From assembly GCF_003231495.1 (NCBI RefSeq), contig NZ_PQWO01000014.1, forward strand, positions 1 through 32,000: 32,000 nucleotides of DNA, in the 5' to 3' direction. The translations under genes and the position numbers were made by a program. The stretch is from Acaryochloris thomasi RCC1774 (GTDB lineage: Bacteria > Cyanobacteriota > Cyanobacteriia > Thermosynechococcales > Thermosynechococcaceae). Shown here piece by piece: positions 28,312-32,000 of the stretch (its first letter is position 1; every line of letters begins with the position of its first letter). Under the pieces are notes generated by a model. That model was not told the origin of the DNA and ran no database searches. It saw only the letters and a program-made list of their open reading frames with translations.

Positions 28312-29157
28312 ATGACGATCTATTCAGAAACATCCCGAAAAATAAAGCGACTAAAATCAGTTCTAGAAGATATTGCTTTAGAAAAAGGAATAGTCAATAA
28401 GCACCATAGTTATACGAAGTTTATCATTCTTTGTCGAAGCCGTGTTGGCTCCAACTTGTTGCTTAATCTTCTGCAATCTCATAAGAATACTAGATTATTC
28501 TATGAGCTATTTAGCACAGCCCACAGCGACAAAACTCATTGGGATTTTGTTAATCATAATATTGATGATGTTATGCAGGTGAAGAAAAAGGATCCAACTG
28601 GCTTCATCGATGATTTTGTATTTCGTCCTATGCCACACTCAGTTCATGCAGTTGGATTCAAAATATTTTACTATCATGCCTCCTCGGGAAAAGAAAAATG
28701 TATCTGGGAACACTTAAAAAACATGGATGGCATGAGGATTATTCATCTGAAGAGAAACAATATATTGAAGTCGTTGCTTTCAAGAACAGTGGCTCAGAGG
28801 ACTGGCTCTTGGGTTAAGCAGTCACTCCACAAAACAGATTCCAGCCAATCAAAATCAGTTGAGTTTGACTACAATCAACTCCTTTATTCTTTTGAAAGCA
28901 CTAAGAGAATGGAACAAGAGTACGAAAGATTCTTTAAAAAAAATCCATTAATGAATATTACATATGAAGATTTATTGATGGAACCCTTGAGCGAGTTAAA
29001 AAGAATCTTAGACTTCTTGAGCTTGGATTTTCAGACTCTGAAAATATCTACCAAAAAGCAATCATCTGATAAGAGTCTGTCTAACGCTATTGTGAATTAT
29101 TCCGAATTAAAACAAAAGTTCTCCGGTACTCCTTGGAAAATTTTCTTTGAGGAATAA
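28312..29157 (+). CDS. Sulfotransferase, NodH/Stf0-like
   Basis: KFIILCRSRVGSNLLLNLL (5'-PSB-like, RxGS) and IIHLKRNNILKSLLSRTVAQRTGSW (the NodH-type R.N....S....A..TG.W). Confidence 0.7.
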   Translation: MTIYSETSRKIKRLKSVLEDIALEKGIVNKHHSYTKFIILCRSRVGSNLLLNLLQSHKNTRLFYELFSTAHSDKTHWDFVNHNIDDVMQVKKKDPTGFIDDFVFRPMPHSVHAVGFKIFYYHASSGKEKCIWEHLKNMDGMRIIHLKRNNILKSLLSRTVAQRTGSWVKQSLHKTDSSQSKSVEFDYNQLLYSFESTKRMEQEYERFFKKNPLMNITYEDLLMEPLSELKRILDFLSLDFQTLKISTKKQSSDKSLSNAIVNYSELKQKFSGTPWKIFFEE

Positions 29158-29168
29158 TAGCTGTACTT

Positions 29169-29717
29169 ATGTTGACTGAAGATTATTCTAATTTAAAGAG
29201 ATTAATTTATCTCTTCTTTGAGATTAAGCGTTGGTTTTATCAATTTCAATACCCCAATCTCACTCTTGAAAAAGGCGTATTAATTAAAGGTTCTATCAAG
29301 ATAGAAGGCAGCGTTAAGGTGAATATTGAGACCGGGACGCGCATCAGTAAACAAGTTAAAATATTTGGTGGCGGGGAGGTTGTGGTAGGTCGAAATGTAT
29401 CGCTCAATGGATGTTGGATTGGTTGCCAATGCTCAGTTCTAATCAGTGATGACTGTCTGATTTCTGATTGCTATCTGCTCGACTCTGATTATCATAACCT
29501 TGAGCCACATCTGCGGCATAGTCATGCCGGACCAAAGGTTTCAGCTCCAATTGTACTCAAGCCTAATGTGTGGGTGGGAGCAAATGCTACCGTAATGAAA
29601 GGAGTACACATCGGAGAGAATAGCGTTGTAGGTTTAGGGAGCGTTGTTAGAGAAACTGTTCCTGCTAATGTTGTCGTGATTGGAAATCCCCAACAGATTT
29701 TAAAGTCTCTTAAGTAA
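29169..29717 (+). CDS. Hexapeptide-repeat (left-handed beta-helix) O-acetyltransferase
   Basis: NVWVGANATVMKGVHIGENSVVGLGSVVRETVPANVVVIGNPQQIL is the typical C-terminus of WbbJ/MAT-type acetyltransferases. Confidence 0.8.
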   Translation: MLTEDYSNLKRLIYLFFEIKRWFYQFQYPNLTLEKGVLIKGSIKIEGSVKVNIETGTRISKQVKIFGGGEVVVGRNVSLNGCWIGCQCSVLISDDCLISDCYLLDSDYHNLEPHLRHSHAGPKVSAPIVLKPNVWVGANATVMKGVHIGENSVVGLGSVVRETVPANVVVIGNPQQILKSLK

Positions 29718-29887
29718 GAAGGCTTAGTCCTATGATTTTGGGAGTTAAAAAAGTATATGGGATAGAAAAACGTTGAGTTATTGCACAACGCTTGCTTCTG
29801 ATCACTGCTGTTTTTTGCTCAATTATTATCTGCATCATACATGCATCTGTAATGTACCTCATATCTTAGAAGGTTTAGTTTTACAAC

Positions 29888-31975
29888 ATGAACTTAATCA
29901 TTACTATTTTTAGGCATAGCAAGTTTATCATTCTGTGGAATGTTCTGGTACTCCTGTTTTTCTTGCAAGCTTGGAAGGGTGCCGCTAAGTCATGGACAGC
30001 TACAACAAAATTTGCTTTGCCGCAGACAACGAGTACTTTGAGTGCAGACCTTGGAACACTTGGGTCACTTAGAGGAGGAGATCCAAGCTTCTCTGCTGTT
30101 GTCAATCCACTCAAAACTCAAGAGGAGATTCTATCGAGTGATAACTTATTAGAAAAGGCGTTGAAGCTAGATCCAGAGTCTGAAAATTTTTCTGGGGTAA
30201 GTCAGTATAGAAATCTCTTTGAAGTGATTTTGGTCGAAAAGTCTAATGTATTTTCCATCGATGCCAAAGGCTCTAGCCCTGGAGTCGCACTTCAAAGAGC
30301 TAAAGTTCTAGCGCAAGTTTACCAAAAACACTTGAACTATTTACGTAAAGCGGATGTGGCTGGCCGGAACTCGTTTTACCAAAATGACCTAAAACGAGCA
30401 AGTCAAAGGTTAGCAGATGCGGAATCTGCCTTGGCAAGCTATCAAAAAGCTTCAGGATTAGTTAGTAGCGAAGAACAAACTGGTCAGACAGTTTCTCTGA
30501 TATCTGAATTAGAGAAAACTTTAGCGCTTACAATTGCCGAGTCCAATAAAGATGCCAGTCAAGTTCAGGAGCTATCAAGTCAGCTAGATCTTCTGCCTAG
30601 AGAAGCCGTTAGCTCTGTAAGTTTAGATGAAAATAGTAGCTATCAGCTTGTCCGTCAAAAGCTAACTGAACTAGAATCCGAGTTGAAGGCGCAGCGGGCT
30701 CAGCTCACAGAGAGCCATCCATCAGTACAAACCCTAGTTTCGAATCGTGATGGGCTACTACGCCAACTATCTCAGTATGTTGATCATTCAGAAATTCAGA
30801 ATGGCGATGGTGTTATTGCAAGTGGAGCTGAGGGGCAAAACGAAATCATTGAGCAGATTATACTTCTGAAAAGTAGCGCTATTGGAAAACGTCAGCAAGC
30901 CCAGGATATTCAGTCAAAAATTAATTCACTTCGGGTTAAGTTAGGGTCTCTCCCAAATCAGCAATCCCGTCTCGCTGTTTTGCAGAGAAACCTAAACGTT
31001 AGTAAAGGAATCTTTAACGGACTAATCGCACAAATTGAAAAGAGCAAAGTGGATGCCTTCCAGAGTTATCCTAGTGTTCAGTTATTAAATACTCCTACCC
31101 TAAATCCTGCGCCTATCTCTAATCGACTTCTAATTTCGATTAATGCACTATTCGCCTCAGCTCTTGGGAGTCTTGGCTTACTACTTTTGTTAGAGGGGCG
31201 CAACCCACTTCTTAGGCCAAAAGATCTAGAAGGCGCTTCCTTCCCATTAGCAACTCGAATCCCTAAATTGCGACGCCAACTGCACAAAGCTAGTGATAAT
31301 ATTCAATCTCTTAGGGGTGGTGAAACAGCTTTTTTGCAGCTGGCTTATGGAATTCTGACGCAAGAGATTTCTGATCGTTGTCTAATGGTAGTAAGCGCAA
31401 TGTCTAAGGAAGGGAGGACAACTATATCCCTCCATCTAGCCCAAGCTTTGAGGGATTTAGGTTTAAAAGTATTGATTTTGAGTGAACGTTCATCTCAAAA
31501 TGTTAAGAGGCGAAAAAAGACAGATCAGATACCAGCACTAGGCTCCATGTCTAGCCGAGCCTTAAAAAACTTCCCTTCACAGAAGCTACTTACTAGTAAA
31601 TCGAAAGAGGCAGGGGTTCAAGTTATTGATTTCAATTTCTCGAGTCGCGACGACTTTAAGGAACAAATGCATCTTATTCTTAAATCTGAGATCTATGATT
31701 TCATAATTGTTGATGCGCCTCCTGTTCAATCAAGTAGCATAACAACTTTAATGTCTACTGTGATTACAAATATTTTGTTAGTTGTTCGCCCTGGAAAAAG
31801 TACGCGTTTTTCTGTGAGAGACTCACTTCAACTTTTGTTCCAGAGTCAGTTGAATTCTGTTGGTTTAGTTATTAACGATCCTGGCTATTTGGGGCTGTCA
31901 GATAGAACGGGATGGGAGCAAGATTTTATTGGTGTTTCTTCTAATAAATTTAATTCCTTGACTGTGGCTCCATAG
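29888..31975 (+). CDS. Wzc/GumC-like polysaccharide co-polymerase (PCP-2a architecture) with a degenerate C-terminal P-loop domain
   Basis: N-terminal TM helix, a long coiled-coil periplasmic region, and a second TM (LLISINALFASALGSLGLLLLLEG). The C-terminal domain has SAMSKEGRTT at the Walker A position, VLILSERSS at Walker A', and a conserved Walker B (YDFIIVDAPP). There is no C-terminal Tyr cluster. Confidence 0.8.
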   Translation: MNLIITIFRHSKFIILWNVLVLLFFLQAWKGAAKSWTATTKFALPQTTSTLSADLGTLGSLRGGDPSFSAVVNPLKTQEEILSSDNLLEKALKLDPESENFSGVSQYRNLFEVILVEKSNVFSIDAKGSSPGVALQRAKVLAQVYQKHLNYLRKADVAGRNSFYQNDLKRASQRLADAESALASYQKASGLVSSEEQTGQTVSLISELEKTLALTIAESNKDASQVQELSSQLDLLPREAVSSVSLDENSSYQLVRQKLTELESELKAQRAQLTESHPSVQTLVSNRDGLLRQLSQYVDHSEIQNGDGVIASGAEGQNEIIEQIILLKSSAIGKRQQAQDIQSKINSLRVKLGSLPNQQSRLAVLQRNLNVSKGIFNGLIAQIEKSKVDAFQSYPSVQLLNTPTLNPAPISNRLLISINALFASALGSLGLLLLLEGRNPLLRPKDLEGASFPLATRIPKLRRQLHKASDNIQSLRGGETAFLQLAYGILTQEISDRCLMVVSAMSKEGRTTISLHLAQALRDLGLKVLILSERSSQNVKRRKKTDQIPALGSMSSRALKNFPSQKLLTSKSKEAGVQVIDFNFSSRDDFKEQMHLILKSEIYDFIIVDAPPVQSSSITTLMSTVITNILLVVRPGKSTRFSVRDSLQLLFQSQLNSVGLVINDPGYLGLSDRTGWEQDFIGVSSNKFNSLTVAP

Positions 31976-32000
31976 AAATTCTGCCTACAGTATGCATCAA

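Noticed and set aside
1-32000. CRISPR arrays, rRNA genes, integrase or recombinase genes, toxin-antitoxin pairs, or recognisable defence systems
   Set aside because: I scanned for regularly spaced direct repeats and for the usual signature motifs in the ORF translations and found none. The only repeats seen are the short ones reported above.

Overview
The window looks like cyanobacterial chromosome, and splits into two compositionally different parts. It carries HIP1 palindromes (GCGATCGC), crtP-crtB, an rbcR/ycf30-type LysR regulator, and DUF2949 and Npun_F0494-like proteins. Part A (1 to about 13.9 kb) is GC-rich and HIP1-rich. It starts with the first 15 codons of an IS5-like transposase running off the left edge, followed by a J-domain/TPR gene with no usable start codon. 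Housekeeping genes follow: cobQ, nadC, rbcR, tRNA-Val(GAC), and convergent crtB-crtP. After these comes a small group of membrane and lipid-type genes: a radical SAM protein with a SPASM-like Cys cluster, a flippase-like UPF0104 membrane protein, DUF2752, a small TM protein, a CDP-archaeol-synthase-like protein and a DAG-kinase-like lipid kinase. Part B (about 14 kb to the right edge) is an AT-rich, HIP1-depleted island whose 15 genes all lie on the + strand. They encode a Wzx/Wzy-type polysaccharide assembly line: six glycosyltransferases (one WecG/TagA type, four GT2, one GT4), a Wzx flippase and an O-antigen-ligase/Wzy-like polymerase. The island also has three sulfotransferases of three different sequence types, a hexapeptide acetyltransferase, an uncharacterised 358-aa protein and a Wzc/GumC-like co-polymerase whose kinase motifs are degenerate. 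My main candidate for an interesting system is this locus, read as a horizontally acquired, mosaic gene cluster for a sulfated and acetylated exopolysaccharide. It runs off the right edge, and no priming transferase or outer-membrane exporter is visible. Product calls come from motifs I recognised by eye in the supplied translations. No database search was possible.
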